This document shows positions 47,605 to 59,085 of a stretch of DNA of 64,000 nt, piece by piece (positions within the stretch are counted from its first letter, which is position 1; each line of letters starts with the position of its first letter). The notes beneath the pieces are model-generated. The model searched no databases. It was not told where the DNA came from and saw only the letters and a program-made list of their open reading frames with translations. The DNA comes from an uncultured Acholeplasmataceae bacterium (GTDB lineage Bacteria > Bacillota_I > Bacilli_A > ML615J-28 > CAG-698), in contig CAUTZD010000003.1 of NCBI GenBank assembly GCA_963542825.1, positions 6,804 to 70,803 of the forward strand, written 5' to 3'. The position numbers and the translations under genes were made by a program.

Positions 47605-49520
47605 GTGTAAAAGTAGAACAACAGTATAAAGCAGATGATATTCAGATTCTTGAGGGTTTGGAAGCGGTTCGAAAGCGTCCCGGAATGTACATTGGGTCGA
47701 CAGGACCACGTGGACTCCACCATTTAGTCTGGGAAATTGTCGATAACTCGATCGATGAGGCGTTAGCTGGCTACTGTAGCGAAATTTTAGTGGAAATTTT
47801 ACCAGGAGATATTATTAGAGTTACAGATAATGGCCGGGGAATTCCGGTTGATATTCACCCAAAAACGAAAAAGAGTGCCCTAGAAGCGGTTTTTTTAACA
47901 CTTCATGCCGGCGGAAAGTTTGGCGGTGGCGGATATAAGGTTTCTGGTGGTCTTCATGGTGTTGGTGCGAGCGTTGTTAATGCTCTTAGTGAACAACTCC
48001 GAGTTGAAGTATATAAAAATGGAAAAATTTATGCGCAAGAGTACACGCGAGGGAAAAAACTTAACGAAGTAACAGAAATTGGTGAAACAAAGCTTCAAGG
48101 AACGCGTGTTACATTTAAACCAGACCCAGAAATTTTTAAAGATACAACTGTTTTTGATTTCGAAACTTTATCTTTTAGGTTGCAACAATGTGCCTTTTTA
48201 AATAAAGGTTTGTGTATAACTTTAAATGACACAAGAAAAGAAGGAAAAGAGAAAAACGTCAAGTATCGCTATGAAGGCGGTATTAAAGAGTATGTTGAAC
48301 ACATCAATAAGGGTAAAAAAGTTATTCATCCAGCAATTATTTATGTAAGTGGTGTGATGGAAAATATTGAAGTCGAAATAGCGATGCAGTATACGGAAGA
48401 ATATAACAGTTCCATCCTTTCGTTCATCAATAATATTATTACTCCAGAAGGTGGAACTCACGAAGAAGGTTTTCGGTTGAGTCTTACGCGTGTACTAAAT
48501 AATTATGGTAGGCAAGCCAAAATATTTAAAAAAGATGAGGGTTTGTCTGGAGATGACGTCAGAGAAGGCCTTACTTCGATTATTTCTGTACGCCATCCCG
48601 ATCCACAGTTTGAAGGACAAACAAAATCAAAACTTGGAAATACCGAAGTCCGGAAAATTGTCAGTCAAATCCTGAGTGATGGCCTTGAGCGTTATTTAAA
48701 TGAAAATCCCCAAGATGCGCGAAATATTGTTGAGAAGGCTTATATTGCTTTACAAGCGCGAAACGCTGCCAAAAAAGCGCGTGAGGCTACCAGAAGAAAG
48801 AATCCGCTCGATGCCCTCGATTTTGCTTCGAAACTTGCTGATTGTCGAAATAAAGATCCAGAACTATGTGAAATTTATATCGTTGAAGGAGATAGTGCGG
48901 GAGGTAGCGCAAGACAAGGAAGAGATCCCGAATTTCAAGCCATATTGCCACTTCGCGGTAAAGTTTTAAATGTTGAAAAAGCTCGTCTTGATAAAGCGTT
49001 AAGTAACAAAGAAATCATTTCGATGATTAGAGCTTTTGGTTCGGGTATTAGTGATGAATTCAATCTTGAAACACTAAGATATCATAAAATCATTATTATG
49101 ACTGATGCCGATGTTGATGGTGCACACATTAGAACACTACTTTTAACTTTCTTTTACCGCTATATGAAGCCGCTTGTCGAGCAAGGGTATGTTTACATCG
49201 CTCAGCCGCCACTTTTTAAAGTGGTATTTAATAAGAAAATTTATTACACATATACAGATGATGAGATGGAAAGACTGTTAGCGTCGTTCCCTAAAAACGC
49301 CCGTCCGGCAATTCAACGCTATAAAGGACTTGGTGAAATGAATCCTGATCAGCTTTGGGAGACAACAATGAATCCAAAAACGCGGACACTTCTTCAGGCA
49401 ACCGTTGCTGATGGGCTTGAAGCCAACATGGTTTTTAGTATGCTGATGGGAGACGATGTTGATCCACGGCGTGATTTCATCGATAAGAATGCGAAATTCG
49501 CAAGCAATATAGATGTATAG
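47601..49520 (+). CDS. gyrB: DNA gyrase subunit B
   Basis: GHKL ATPase and Toprim motifs ([40 protein letters not shown]). Confidence 0.97.
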   Translation: MSVKVEQQYKADDIQILEGLEAVRKRPGMYIGSTGPRGLHHLVWEIVDNSIDEALAGYCSEILVEILPGDIIRVTDNGRGIPVDIHPKTKKSALEAVFLTLHAGGKFGGGGYKVSGGLHGVGASVVNALSEQLRVEVYKNGKIYAQEYTRGKKLNEVTEIGETKLQGTRVTFKPDPEIFKDTTVFDFETLSFRLQQCAFLNKGLCITLNDTRKEGKEKNVKYRYEGGIKEYVEHINKGKKVIHPAIIYVSGVMENIEVEIAMQYTEEYNSSILSFINNIITPEGGTHEEGFRLSLTRVLNNYGRQAKIFKKDEGLSGDDVREGLTSIISVRHPDPQFEGQTKSKLGNTEVRKIVSQILSDGLERYLNENPQDARNIVEKAYIALQARNAAKKAREATRRKNPLDALDFASKLADCRNKDPELCEIYIVEGDSAGGSARQGRDPEFQAILPLRGKVLNVEKARLDKALSNKEIISMIRAFGSGISDEFNLETLRYHKIIIMTDADVDGAHIRTLLLTFFYRYMKPLVEQGYVYIAQPPLFKVVFNKKIYYTYTDDEMERLLASFPKNARPAIQRYKGLGEMNPDQLWETTMNPKTRTLLQATVADGLEANMVFSMLMGDDVDPRRDFIDKNAKFASNIDV

Positions 49521-49530
49521 GAGACATTAA

Positions 49531-52185
49531 ATGGCGGTAGATGATAATATAAAAAACGAAGATCACGATTTTGAAGAACAAAAGTTTGATGAAATCGACG
49601 ATTCCGAACTAGAACGTGACCAAAAAGAGCGCGAAGAAGGCGATCTTGGGATCAAAGAAGTTGATATCTGCCGGGAAATGAAGAACTCATTTTTAAGTTA
49701 TGCGATGAGTGTTATCGTTTCGCGGGCGCTTCCTGATGTTCGTGACGGCTTAAAACCTGTTCATCGGCGAATTCTTTTTGGGATGAGTGAACTAAGTGTA
49801 TTCCCCGACAAACCGTATAAAAAGAGCGCGAGAATTGTCGGTGAAGTCATGGGTAAGTTTCACCCTCATGGTGATACAGCAATATATGATGCGATGGTCA
49901 GAATGGCTCAGGACTTTAACTATCGGCATACTTTAGTTGATGGTCATGGTAATTTTGGATCACTCGATGGTGATGCGCCGGCAGCGATGCGGTATACCGA
50001 AGCACGCCTTAGTAAAATTGCGATGGAGATGCTTAGGGATTTACAAAAAGACACCGTCAATTTCATCGATAACTATGATGGAACCGAGAAAGAACCAGAA
50101 GTTCTCCCTTGCCGTTTTCCAAACCTTCTTGTCAACGGATCAACAGGAATTGCCGTTGGTATGGCAACGAACATTCCTCCTCACAATTTAGGAGAAATTG
50201 TTGATGGAATTCTCGCTTTAATTGACAATCCAGGAATCGATGTTGATGGGCTCATGAACTATATTAAAGGTCCTGATTTTCCAACAGGTGGGGAGATTAT
50301 GGGGCTTGCGCAAATTAGGCGCATGTACATGCAAGGTGAAGGAACACTTGTTGTCAGAGCGAAAGCGGAGATTCATCAGCTTGCTTCTGGAAAGTCAGAG
50401 ATTATTGTTACGGAAATTCCCTACCAAACAAACAAAGAGCGACTTATCGAACGGATTGCCGAATGTGTTAAGGGCAAAATCATCGACGGAATTACTGATC
50501 TACAAGACCATTCCGGAAGACAAGGAACGCGGATTGTTATTGAACTTAGGCGCGATGTTAATCCAAATGTTGTTTTGAATCAGCTATATAAGCACACGTC
50601 ACTGCAAACAACTTTTGGGGCGAATATGATTGCTTTAGTTAACAACGAACCAAAAACATTGACGCTTAAGGAAATGCTTGAGTATTACTTAAAACACCAA
50701 ATCGAAGTAATAACAAGAAGAACGCAGTTTGATTTAGATAAAGCTGAAGCACGAGCCCATATCGTCGAGGGTCTTTTGATTGCTCTTGCAAGTATCGATG
50801 AAGTTGTAGCTGTTATCAAATCAAGTAAAGACACAGAAACAGCTAAGCGTGGTCTAGTTTCAACATTTAGGTTAACCGACATTCAGGCGCAAGCTATTCT
50901 TGATATGCGCTTAAGTAGATTAACTAGTTTAGAAGTTGATAAACTTCGTGATGAACTAGCTGAACTTAAGAAATTTATCAAAGAGTGCCGTGATATTTTG
51001 CGTAGTGAAAACAAAAAACTTAAAGTTATTGTTGGTGAACTTACAGAACTTAAGGAACGCTTCGCTAATGAGCGTAAGTGCGAAATAAACCTAAAAGAGT
51101 TAACAGAAATTGCCGATGGTGATCTCATTCCAGTTCAGGAGACGCTCATCACAATCACAAACACTGGTTATATTAAACGCTTAACTGCTAATACGTATAC
51201 TAGCCAAAACCGTGGTGGTAAAGGAATTACGGGAGCTAAGCTTGTCGAAGATGATTATGTGCAGCAGGTTATTTTTACATCAAGTCATGATAATTTATTC
51301 TTCTTTACGAATATGGGGTCGGTATTTAAACTTAAGGCTTTTCAAATCCCTGTCTATTCACGGACGAGCCGCGGGACGCATATCAACAATCATTTGAATA
51401 TGCAAAAAGGTGAAAAACTCAATGCAGTTTTACCAATTCCTGATGACCTTGAAAAGGATCATTATCTTGTATTTATTACCCGCAAGGGTATTATTAAAAG
51501 AACACCGCTCAGCGAGTTTCAAAATATCCGTACTAATGGTATTAGGGCGGTCAATTTAAATGAAGGTGATGAGCTCTTTAAAGTTGGTTTAACCGATGGT
51601 GATAAGGATATCATTTTAGGAGCATCAAACGGTAAAGCTATCAGATTCTCTGAAAACGATGTGCCATCGATGAAGCGAGTAGCGGCTGGTGTTAGAGGTT
51701 TAGATCTTTTTGAAAATGAACAAATTGTTGGTATGGCAATTGTCACAACAGATGGCGATGAGATTATTATTGTTACTGAGTTCGGTATCGGCAAGCGTAC
51801 CCCTGTAAGTAGTTTTAGACTACAAAAGCGAGGCGGGCGCGGCTGTAAGTCTTTAAGTATCACCGATAGGAGCGGTTCAATGGTTGCTCTTGAAACTGTT
51901 CGTGGTGACGAAGATCTCTTCATCGTTAGCGATAAGGGAATGGTTATTAGAACTCCGCTATCGCAGATTTCAACTTTTGGACGCGATGCTAAGGGTGCCA
52001 AACTTATGGAACTTAATGAAGGACAACGCGTTAGTCATATTGCTATCGTTCCAAGTGAAGAAAAGATCAATGAATTTGAAAATCTTCAGCTCGATAGTGA
52101 TTATAAATTCCTCGATGAACGTGACCAAGAAGATTCTGAAGAAGAAAATCATGAGCAAGACGAAGAAGATTATAATTTACTGTAG
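49531..52185 (+). CDS. gyrA: DNA gyrase subunit A
   Basis: Active-site region [11 protein letters not shown]-terminal beta-pinwheel repeats. Acidic tail [23 protein letters not shown]. Confidence 0.97.
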   Translation: MAVDDNIKNEDHDFEEQKFDEIDDSELERDQKEREEGDLGIKEVDICREMKNSFLSYAMSVIVSRALPDVRDGLKPVHRRILFGMSELSVFPDKPYKKSARIVGEVMGKFHPHGDTAIYDAMVRMAQDFNYRHTLVDGHGNFGSLDGDAPAAMRYTEARLSKIAMEMLRDLQKDTVNFIDNYDGTEKEPEVLPCRFPNLLVNGSTGIAVGMATNIPPHNLGEIVDGILALIDNPGIDVDGLMNYIKGPDFPTGGEIMGLAQIRRMYMQGEGTLVVRAKAEIHQLASGKSEIIVTEIPYQTNKERLIERIAECVKGKIIDGITDLQDHSGRQGTRIVIELRRDVNPNVVLNQLYKHTSLQTTFGANMIALVNNEPKTLTLKEMLEYYLKHQIEVITRRTQFDLDKAEARAHIVEGLLIALASIDEVVAVIKSSKDTETAKRGLVSTFRLTDIQAQAILDMRLSRLTSLEVDKLRDELAELKKFIKECRDILRSENKKLKVIVGELTELKERFANERKCEINLKELTEIADGDLIPVQETLITITNTGYIKRLTANTYTSQNRGGKGITGAKLVEDDYVQQVIFTSSHDNLFFFTNMGSVFKLKAFQIPVYSRTSRGTHINNHLNMQKGEKLNAVLPIPDDLEKDHYLVFITRKGIIKRTPLSEFQNIRTNGIRAVNLNEGDELFKVGLTDGDKDIILGASNGKAIRFSENDVPSMKRVAAGVRGLDLFENEQIVGMAIVTTDGDEIIIVTEFGIGKRTPVSSFRLQKRGGRGCKSLSITDRSGSMVALETVRGDEDLFIVSDKGMVIRTPLSQISTFGRDAKGAKLMELNEGQRVSHIAIVPSEEKINEFENLQLDSDYKFLDERDQEDSEEENHEQDEEDYNLL

Positions 52186-52193
52186 GTGATATT

Positions 52194-53477
52194 ATGTTAG
52201 ATATAAAACTATTAAGAGAAAAACTAGATGTTGTTATTGCCAATTTAAATAAACGCGGTGGTGATTTTAGCTATTTAAAAACGGTTATTGATAAAGATAC
52301 AGAACGAAGAAAAAAACTTGTTACCGTTGAAGAGTATAAAAATAAACGCAACACTTTAAGTAAAGAAATTGGCGTTTTAAAAAGAGAGAAAAAGGATGCA
52401 ACAAGCGTATTAAATGAAGTTTCTAAACTTGGTTCAGAAATTGAGCGCCTAGATAAGGAAGTTAAAGAACTTGATGAATACATTAAGTCAGAACTACTTA
52501 AAACCCCAAACATGCTTCACGAGTCAGTTCCAGTTGGTAAAGATGAAACGGAGAATAAAGTTTTGAAAGCCCAAAAGCCTACGAAATTTTCGTTTCCTGT
52601 TAAGGCTCATTATGAGCTTGGTGAGGAACTTGGAATTCTTGATTTTGAGCGAGCTGCCAAAATTTCTGGGGCGAGATTTTGTATATACAAAGGTTTAGGA
52701 GCACGTCTTGAAAGAGCACTTATTAATTTCTTTATGGATGAGAATTATAAGGCTGGATATACCGAGGTTATGCCACCATACATTGTTAATAAAGATTCGA
52801 TGTATGGAACTGGGCAGCTCCCAAAATTTGAAGATGCGGCTTTTAAACTGGCCTCTGAAAACGAGTGGTATTTAAACCCAACTGCTGAAGTTCCAACAAT
52901 CAATATGTTTAGAGGAGAAACGGTTGATTACAGTAAACTACCTATGTCATTTACAAGTTACACAACAGCATTTCGTAGTGAAGCAGGTAGCGCTGGTAAA
53001 GATACACGCGGACTCATTAGAATGCATCAGTTCAACAAAGTTGAACTTATTAAACTAAGTAAGAAAGAAGACAGCTATAAAGAACTTGATAAGATGATTG
53101 AGCAGTCATGTTCACTTCTTGAAAAACTAAAACTTCCATACCGGCTTGTTAGTTTGTGTTCAGGCGATATGGGTTTTGGGATGGCCAAAACAATCGATAT
53201 CGAGGTGTGGCTGCCTTCACAAAACACGTACAGAGAAATTGCAAGTATTAGTAATGCTGAAGATTATCAGGCGCGAAGAGCTAACATCACAACGCGCCCC
53301 TATAACGAAGCTAAACTCGAGTATGTCCATACGTTAAATGGATCAGGTCTTCCTGCCGGAAGAACCGTTGTTGCGATTATGGAAAACTATCAACAGGAAG
53401 ATGGAAGCATTAAAATTCCTGAAGTCTTAGTGCCATATATGTTAGGAATAAAAGAGATAAGAAAGGAAAACAAATGA
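52194..53477 (+). CDS. serS: Serine--tRNA ligase
   Basis: N-terminal coiled-coil arm plus class-II core (TGQLPKFE, FRSEAGSAGKDTRGLIRMHQF). Only 8 nt after gyrA. Confidence 0.95.
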   Translation: MLDIKLLREKLDVVIANLNKRGGDFSYLKTVIDKDTERRKKLVTVEEYKNKRNTLSKEIGVLKREKKDATSVLNEVSKLGSEIERLDKEVKELDEYIKSELLKTPNMLHESVPVGKDETENKVLKAQKPTKFSFPVKAHYELGEELGILDFERAAKISGARFCIYKGLGARLERALINFFMDENYKAGYTEVMPPYIVNKDSMYGTGQLPKFEDAAFKLASENEWYLNPTAEVPTINMFRGETVDYSKLPMSFTSYTTAFRSEAGSAGKDTRGLIRMHQFNKVELIKLSKKEDSYKELDKMIEQSCSLLEKLKLPYRLVSLCSGDMGFGMAKTIDIEVWLPSQNTYREIASISNAEDYQARRANITTRPYNEAKLEYVHTLNGSGLPAGRTVVAIMENYQQEDGSIKIPEVLVPYMLGIKEIRKENK

Positions 53478-54913
53478 AGAAGAAAACAGTAGTTATTGGA
53501 CTTTTTGAAGATAGTAAAAAAGTTAAGGTCAATCCAAGTTTTGATGAAAAGCTTGAGCTTTTAATTAAAAGAAAACAGTTAAAGCTTGGACTTGGTGAAG
53601 TTAATAAAGTGCCAACATTCCAAAAAGACGTCGAGCTTATTTGGGTTGTTGGGCTTGGTAAAGAACGCGATTATGATATGAAAGCCTTGCGCAAGGCTGC
53701 AAGTACAATCACAAGTAGTTTAGGTGAAGACTTTGAAGTTATCGTCAGTACGTTTTTAGGAAAACTAAATGAAGAAGAAGGCTTAAAGAAATTAGTTCTT
53801 TTTGCTAATGATTACAATTATGTATTTGACCGTTACAAAAGTGACAAGAAAGAAAATAAGAAGCTTGATATTTTGTGGACAACTGAACGGTCTTTCAAGA
53901 AAGCCCCACTCATCATTAATGAATACACAAACGTTAGTGAGAGTATTAATATGACAAGAGATTTAATTAATACGCCACACTGCGATCTTAATTCTGAAGA
54001 TTTAGCGGCTTTTGTTAAAAAGACGTTTAAAGAGCTTAATAATCCAAAAGTTGAAGTGAGTGTACTTGGGCGCAAGGAAGTTACTGAACTTAAGATGGGA
54101 GCGTTTCTAGCGGTTAATAAAGGTAGTAAATACGAACCACAACTTATTCATCTTAAATTTATGAACAACCCTGAATCTGAAGAAGTTTTAGGACTTGTTG
54201 GTAAGGGGTTAACGTTTGATACTGGCGGGTATTCTTTAAAGCCATCACAGTTCATCAATGATATGAAAATGGATATGGGAGGAGCTGCTACTGTTCTTGG
54301 AGCTTTTAGAGCTGCTGTAGCTAACAACTTAAAAATCAACTTACAGCTTGCTGTTGCGGCTACTGATAACATGGTAAACGAAGCTGCTTATCTTCCTGAT
54401 GATATCGTTACTTCAATGAATGGCAAAACAATCGAGATTATTTCAACAGATGCGGAAGGAAGATTAACACTTGCTGATGCTTTAACTTATATCCAAAAAC
54501 AAAAAGTTACAAGGGTCATTGATATGGCGACTTTAACAGGAGCGGTTATCTATGCTTTGGGGCACTATACAACAGGAGCGTTTGGCAATAACAAAACGTT
54601 CACAAATGATATCATTAAAGCTGGCGAGAATGAGCTTGAGGAGTTATGGGAACTTCCGATCAACGATTCAACGAAAAAAGGTGTCAAAGCAAGCAAAGTC
54701 GCTGACCTATTAAATGCAACCGGAAGAAGTGTTCCCGGAGCCCAAGCAGCGGCTGCGTTTTTACAAGAATTCATCAACAAAGGAATTAAATGGATTCACC
54801 TTGATATTGCAGGAACTGCATTCAGAGGCACACCACTTTATGGTGAACATCCAGGAGCAACCGGAGAATGCGTTAAAACGCTTTATCAGTATTTTAAACA
54901 AAACTCTAAATAA
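53474..54913 (+). CDS. pepA: Leucyl aminopeptidase (M17 family)
   Basis: NTDAEGRL signature (ISTDAEGRLTLADAL) and VGKGLTFDTGG. The ATGA overlaps the serS stop. Confidence 0.9.
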   Translation: MKKKTVVIGLFEDSKKVKVNPSFDEKLELLIKRKQLKLGLGEVNKVPTFQKDVELIWVVGLGKERDYDMKALRKAASTITSSLGEDFEVIVSTFLGKLNEEEGLKKLVLFANDYNYVFDRYKSDKKENKKLDILWTTERSFKKAPLIINEYTNVSESINMTRDLINTPHCDLNSEDLAAFVKKTFKELNNPKVEVSVLGRKEVTELKMGAFLAVNKGSKYEPQLIHLKFMNNPESEEVLGLVGKGLTFDTGGYSLKPSQFINDMKMDMGGAATVLGAFRAAVANNLKINLQLAVAATDNMVNEAAYLPDDIVTSMNGKTIEIISTDAEGRLTLADALTYIQKQKVTRVIDMATLTGAVIYALGHYTTGAFGNNKTFTNDIIKAGENELEELWELPINDSTKKGVKASKVADLLNATGRSVPGAQAAAAFLQEFINKGIKWIHLDIAGTAFRGTPLYGEHPGATGECVKTLYQYFKQNSK

Positions 54914-54940
54914 AAAAAGACGGCTTAGCCGTCTTTTCTA
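54914..54940. terminator. Bidirectional terminator between pepA and the HIT gene
   Basis: AAAAAAAGACGGC-ttag-GCCGTCTTTT. Confidence 0.7.
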
Positions 54941-55342
54941 TTTGGTAAGTTTTTCGTGAACTTTTTTGATTTCGTCAAGTGGATGGGGATTAGGATCTGT
55001 CTTTCGCGAGAAAATTAATTCTTCTTTAGTGTATCTTGGAATAATGTGGATATGGCAGTGGAAAACAGATTGTCCGCTGATCTCACCAATGTTTGTTAAA
55101 ACGTTCGCTCCTTTAAAATTTAATTTTGTTTTAAGAAGTTCTAAAACTTTTTTAACTGTTTCATTTAGCTTTTGATTGATGCTAAAAGGGAGTACTATAA
55201 AATTATCATAGTGCTTTTTAGGAATAAGAATGGTATGTCCTTCGGAAATTGGAGAAATATCTAAAAACGCCAAAAAGGAATCATCTTCATATACCTTAAA
55301 GTGAGGAATTTTCCCTGCGACCATTTCACAAAATAAACACAT
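54938..55342 (-). CDS. HIT-family (histidine triad) hydrolase
   Basis: VFHCHIHIIPR histidine triad. 134 aa. Confidence 0.85.
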   Translation of the reverse strand: MCLFCEMVAGKIPHFKVYEDDSFLAFLDISPISEGHTILIPKKHYDNFIVLPFSINQKLNETVKKVLELLKTKLNFKGANVLTNIGEISGQSVFHCHIHIIPRYTKEELIFSRKTDPNPHPLDEIKKVHEKLTK

Positions 55343-55438
55343 TTATATCACCTCAAAATATTTTACCACAAAAGTAGTATAATGCATAAATTGAAATTTT
55401 ATAAAATGTGGGTATAATAAAAGAAGTAGTAAATAACG

Positions 55439-56911
55439 ATGAACGAAAAGCAAAAAAAACGAAAAACTGGTGATCAGTACATAATATTAGGGGTATATTT
55501 AGCATTGGCTTTTGGTCTTTCTTTTATTGATCGCACGATATCAGGACATGTTTTACCAATGCTTCCTGGAATCAGAGTCGGGATTGCTAATATTGTCGTT
55601 GTCATTGTTGTACTTGAATACTCATTTATCGAAGGTCTAATGTTTGCTGTTTTAAAAGCTATACTTACGACTGTGCCATTTGGTGGACTCATGAGTTTAG
55701 CAATTGGTGGTACTGCAACAATCGTTAGTTTTCTTATCATGGAAGGGATTAAACATAGTTTAAAAAAACATGTATCACCAGTTGGCATTTCGCTTGGTGG
55801 AGGAATTACTCATATTCTAACGCAGCTTTTAGTAATTGGGCTTCTCTATAAAATCATGAGCGTATTGCCATATTATGGATTTTTCTTAGTACTTGTTAGT
55901 TTTGCTACTTCAATCATTGTTGGTATCGTAGACATTCAAATAATTAAATTTTTAAAGAAAGAAGGAGATAACGAAATGGAAAAATTAGAAAAAAAGATTT
56001 TAAACAAAATCAAAGAATATGATAAGATTATTATCCACAGGCACAAGCTTCCTGACGGGGACGCTTATGGTTCACAGCTAGGACTTAAAAACGCTATTTT
56101 AACAACGTTTCCTAATAAGAAAGTTTATGCTGCCGGGAAAACCTCAGAGCGTTTTAGTTTTTTAGGAAAGATGGATAATCCTGAAAACTATACTTACGAT
56201 AACGCTTTAGTAATCGTTACTGACACAGGAGCTACGCACCTAATCGAGGGAGATGATTGGGTTAAAGGCGAATATAAAATCAAAATTGATCATCACGAGC
56301 CTGTTGAAGAGTATGCTGATTTAAATTACGTTAAACAGGACAACGTTAGCGCGGCATCCGTAGTTACGGGACTTGTACGCAGGTTCAAATGGAAAATCAC
56401 CAAAGAAGGCGCTAATTGTTTATACACAGGAATTACTACTGATAGTGGGCGTTTTTTATATCGCGGAGTTAATAAGGAAACGTTTGAAGAGGCGGGGTTT
56501 CTTATGGAACAAGGTGCTGATATTGAATACATTTATAGAAATCTATATGATGAAGATTTAAACCTTAAACTGTTGCGAGCTAAAATGACTCTAAAATTTG
56601 TAATTGAAGATCGTGTTGCTTATATGATTAATACCAAAGAAGAAGTAAAAGAATCGGGTTTTGATTTTTTCACGATTTCAAGAGGTATGGTTGGTGTGAT
56701 GTCAGGAATTAAAGAAATTGACATTTGGGCAAACTTTACGGAAAACGAAGAAGGAAATTTCATTGCCGAGCTAAGATCTAAAGATAAGACAATTGTTAAT
56801 GTTGCACAGGAGTTTGGTGGCGGCGGACACGCACTTGCTTGTGGGGCTACTTTAAAAAATAAAGACGAAATTAAGAAAATGGTCGATAGGCTAAAAGAGG
56901 TGCTTAAGTGA
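55439..56911 (+). CDS. nrnA: DHH/DHHA1 phosphoesterase (NrnA-like nanoRNase / pAp phosphatase) fused to an N-terminal 4-5-TM membrane domain. An internal in-frame start is possible at 55976.
   Basis: DHH motifs IIIHRHKLPDGDAYGS, DHHEP, and DHHA1 GGGHALACGA. N-terminal 175 aa are hydrophobic. GGAGAT plus a 6-nt spacer plus ATG lies internally at 55964-55978. Confidence 0.75.
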   Translation: MNEKQKKRKTGDQYIILGVYLALAFGLSFIDRTISGHVLPMLPGIRVGIANIVVVIVVLEYSFIEGLMFAVLKAILTTVPFGGLMSLAIGGTATIVSFLIMEGIKHSLKKHVSPVGISLGGGITHILTQLLVIGLLYKIMSVLPYYGFFLVLVSFATSIIVGIVDIQIIKFLKKEGDNEMEKLEKKILNKIKEYDKIIIHRHKLPDGDAYGSQLGLKNAILTTFPNKKVYAAGKTSERFSFLGKMDNPENYTYDNALVIVTDTGATHLIEGDDWVKGEYKIKIDHHEPVEEYADLNYVKQDNVSAASVVTGLVRRFKWKITKEGANCLYTGITTDSGRFLYRGVNKETFEEAGFLMEQGADIEYIYRNLYDEDLNLKLLRAKMTLKFVIEDRVAYMINTKEEVKESGFDFFTISRGMVGVMSGIKEIDIWANFTENEEGNFIAELRSKDKTIVNVAQEFGGGGHALACGATLKNKDEIKKMVDRLKEVLK

Positions 56912-57870
56912 ACACATTTAAAGAGATTCTTGAGACGATTAAAAGTTATGACACAATCATCATTAAACGCCACTTATTTCCTGATGGAGACTGTATTGGC
57001 AGTGGTCTTGGGTTAACCGAAATTTTAAAGGCTTCTTTTCCAAGTAAGCGTATCTTATTTGATAGTCCAAACGACTCGAAGTTTTTAGAGTTTTTAAATG
57101 AAGGTGACGAGGTTACTGAAGACGACCACAAAGGGGCTTTAGTAATAACAGTTGACACATCTGTCAGTAAGCGCGTTTGTAACTGGAGCGATAAGGGCGA
57201 TAAAATCATTAAAATTGACCACCACATCGTTGAAGAAGAGTTTGGTGATTTAAATTATGTTGAGGAAGAAAGTCCTGCCTGCGCTTTGATTATTTTTAAG
57301 TTTTATGAAGCGTTCAAAGATGTTTTAAAAATAACGCCAAAAGCTGTTAAAGCTTTGTTTGTTGGAATTTATACTGACACTGGCGGTTTTCGCTATGGTA
57401 ATCCCGATGGGGAGTTTTTTGTAATTGTTGGTAAACTTTTAAAAGCTGCACCAATTAATCTAACAAGTGTTTATCGTGACCTTGAAAAAGTTGAACTTAA
57501 TTCGGTGCGAATCAAAGGATATGTAGCGTCCCATTTTAAAATCTACGATAAGGTTGCATATTTTTATATTTCACAAAGAACAATGAATAAATTCAAAGTA
57601 TCACCAGAAGAAGCACGTAACACAGTTTCTGTTATGTCGGGGATTAAAGGCGTTGAGGCGTGGCTCTTTTTCTGTGATGTGAAAGATAAAATTATGATAC
57701 GGTTCCGGAGTAAGAATACAGACGTAGCCGCGGTTGCCAATCTTTTTAATGGCGGCGGACACCGTTTAGCTAGTGGGGGCACGATTTATAAGAAAAGTGA
57801 CATCATGAAAGTTGTGAAAAAGACAAACGAAGCTGTTTGGAGAATGTTAAATGAAAATTCTCATAACTAA
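56908..57870 (+). CDS. nrnA: Second DHH/DHHA1 phosphoesterase (soluble NrnA-like paralog)
   Basis: IIIKRHLFPDGDCIGS, DHHIV, GGGHRLASGG. Overlaps the upstream gene stop by 4 nt. Confidence 0.8.
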   Translation: MNTFKEILETIKSYDTIIIKRHLFPDGDCIGSGLGLTEILKASFPSKRILFDSPNDSKFLEFLNEGDEVTEDDHKGALVITVDTSVSKRVCNWSDKGDKIIKIDHHIVEEEFGDLNYVEEESPACALIIFKFYEAFKDVLKITPKAVKALFVGIYTDTGGFRYGNPDGEFFVIVGKLLKAAPINLTSVYRDLEKVELNSVRIKGYVASHFKIYDKVAYFYISQRTMNKFKVSPEEARNTVSVMSGIKGVEAWLFFCDVKDKIMIRFRSKNTDVAAVANLFNGGGHRLASGGTIYKKSDIMKVVKKTNEAVWRMLNENSHN

Positions 57871-58564
57871 TGATGATGGCTTTGATAAGTTTGGAATCGC
57901 TGAGCTTGCAAAAGCGGCCACTAAATATGGCGAAGTTTTAGTTGTTGCTCCCCTTACGGAGCAATCAGGAACAAGTCACTCCTGTAATTTTCACAAAGCA
58001 CGAAAACTAAATTTAGAAAAAGATATTGTGAAAGGCGTTAAAACCTACTCATATGATTCAACACCTGCGGACTGTGTTAAGCTTGCATGGTACTATTTAG
58101 GGTATGAGTTTGATCTTGTCTTATCTGGAGTTAATAATGGATATAATGTCGGCGAAGATATTTCTTACTCCGGAACAGTCGGCGCAATTATGGAGTGTGG
58201 AAACTTTTCACGCCCAGGGATTGCTTTTTCTGTTGAAAGAGGGCACAAAGAAACGGTTGAAGAGAATCTAGAGAAGGCACTATCGTTTGTTTTTACAAAT
58301 GATTTACTTAACAAACATTTATACTGGAACATCAATATGCCTAGTATAATAAGTAAAGGGGGCCGCTTTTCTAAGCAAGGAAACCTCCACTACGAAAAAA
58401 TCTTTACAGATAGGGATGGAGGGATTTACCAAACAGGTGTTCCTCATCCTGAACTTGATAAGGATGAAAAAAGCGATATCCGTTTAGTTATTTCAGGCTA
58501 CACTAGTTACATGCCTTTAGTAACTAATAAAACCGCTTTTGATGTTTTAAATAAAATTAAGTGA
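57851..58564 (+). CDS. surE: 5'/3'-nucleotidase SurE
   Basis: MKILITNDDGFDKFGIAELAKAA...SGVNNGYNVG. Confidence 0.9.
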   Translation: MKILITNDDGFDKFGIAELAKAATKYGEVLVVAPLTEQSGTSHSCNFHKARKLNLEKDIVKGVKTYSYDSTPADCVKLAWYYLGYEFDLVLSGVNNGYNVGEDISYSGTVGAIMECGNFSRPGIAFSVERGHKETVEENLEKALSFVFTNDLLNKHLYWNINMPSIISKGGRFSKQGNLHYEKIFTDRDGGIYQTGVPHPELDKDEKSDIRLVISGYTSYMPLVTNKTAFDVLNKIK

Positions 58565-59085
58565 AAGAAGTAAAAAAAGAATCACAGTTAGTTTATAAGG
58601 GAAAAATAATCGAGGTTTTTAAAGACCTAGTTTTTGTTGGCGGCAAAACTTTTCAGCGCGATGTTGTACGGAAACAAAAGGCTGTTGCTTCTTTAATATT
58701 TAACGAAGATAAAACTAAAGTTTTACTTGTTTCTCAGTATCGTTATCCAATCGGCAAAGAAACAAAGGAACTTCCGGCTGGAAAAGTAGAAAATGAAGAA
58801 ACACTTGCGGAGGCTATGATAAGAGAAACTGAGGAAGAGACAGGCCTCTTTCCTACTAAATATGAGGAGCTAGGAACTTTTTATACTTCTGCAGGGTTTT
58901 GTGACGAGGAAATAACTTTGTTTGTTGTTTGGGAATACAAAGAGTCAAAACAAAAGCTAGAGGATGATGAAAAAATAACTCTTATGTGGGAAAACGTTCA
59001 TGATATTATGAAGGAAACAAAACACTTTGATCCTAAAGCGATGCTTGCTTTAAGTATGTACTGGAGTAAGTATGGTAAGAATTAA
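58561..59085 (+). CDS. Nudix hydrolase (ADP-ribose pyrophosphatase-like)
   Basis: Nudix box GKVENEETLAEAMIRETEEETGL. Confidence 0.8.
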   Translation: MKEVKKESQLVYKGKIIEVFKDLVFVGGKTFQRDVVRKQKAVASLIFNEDKTKVLLVSQYRYPIGKETKELPAGKVENEETLAEAMIRETEEETGLFPTKYEELGTFYTSAGFCDEEITLFVVWEYKESKQKLEDDEKITLMWENVHDIMKETKHFDPKAMLALSMYWSKYGKN

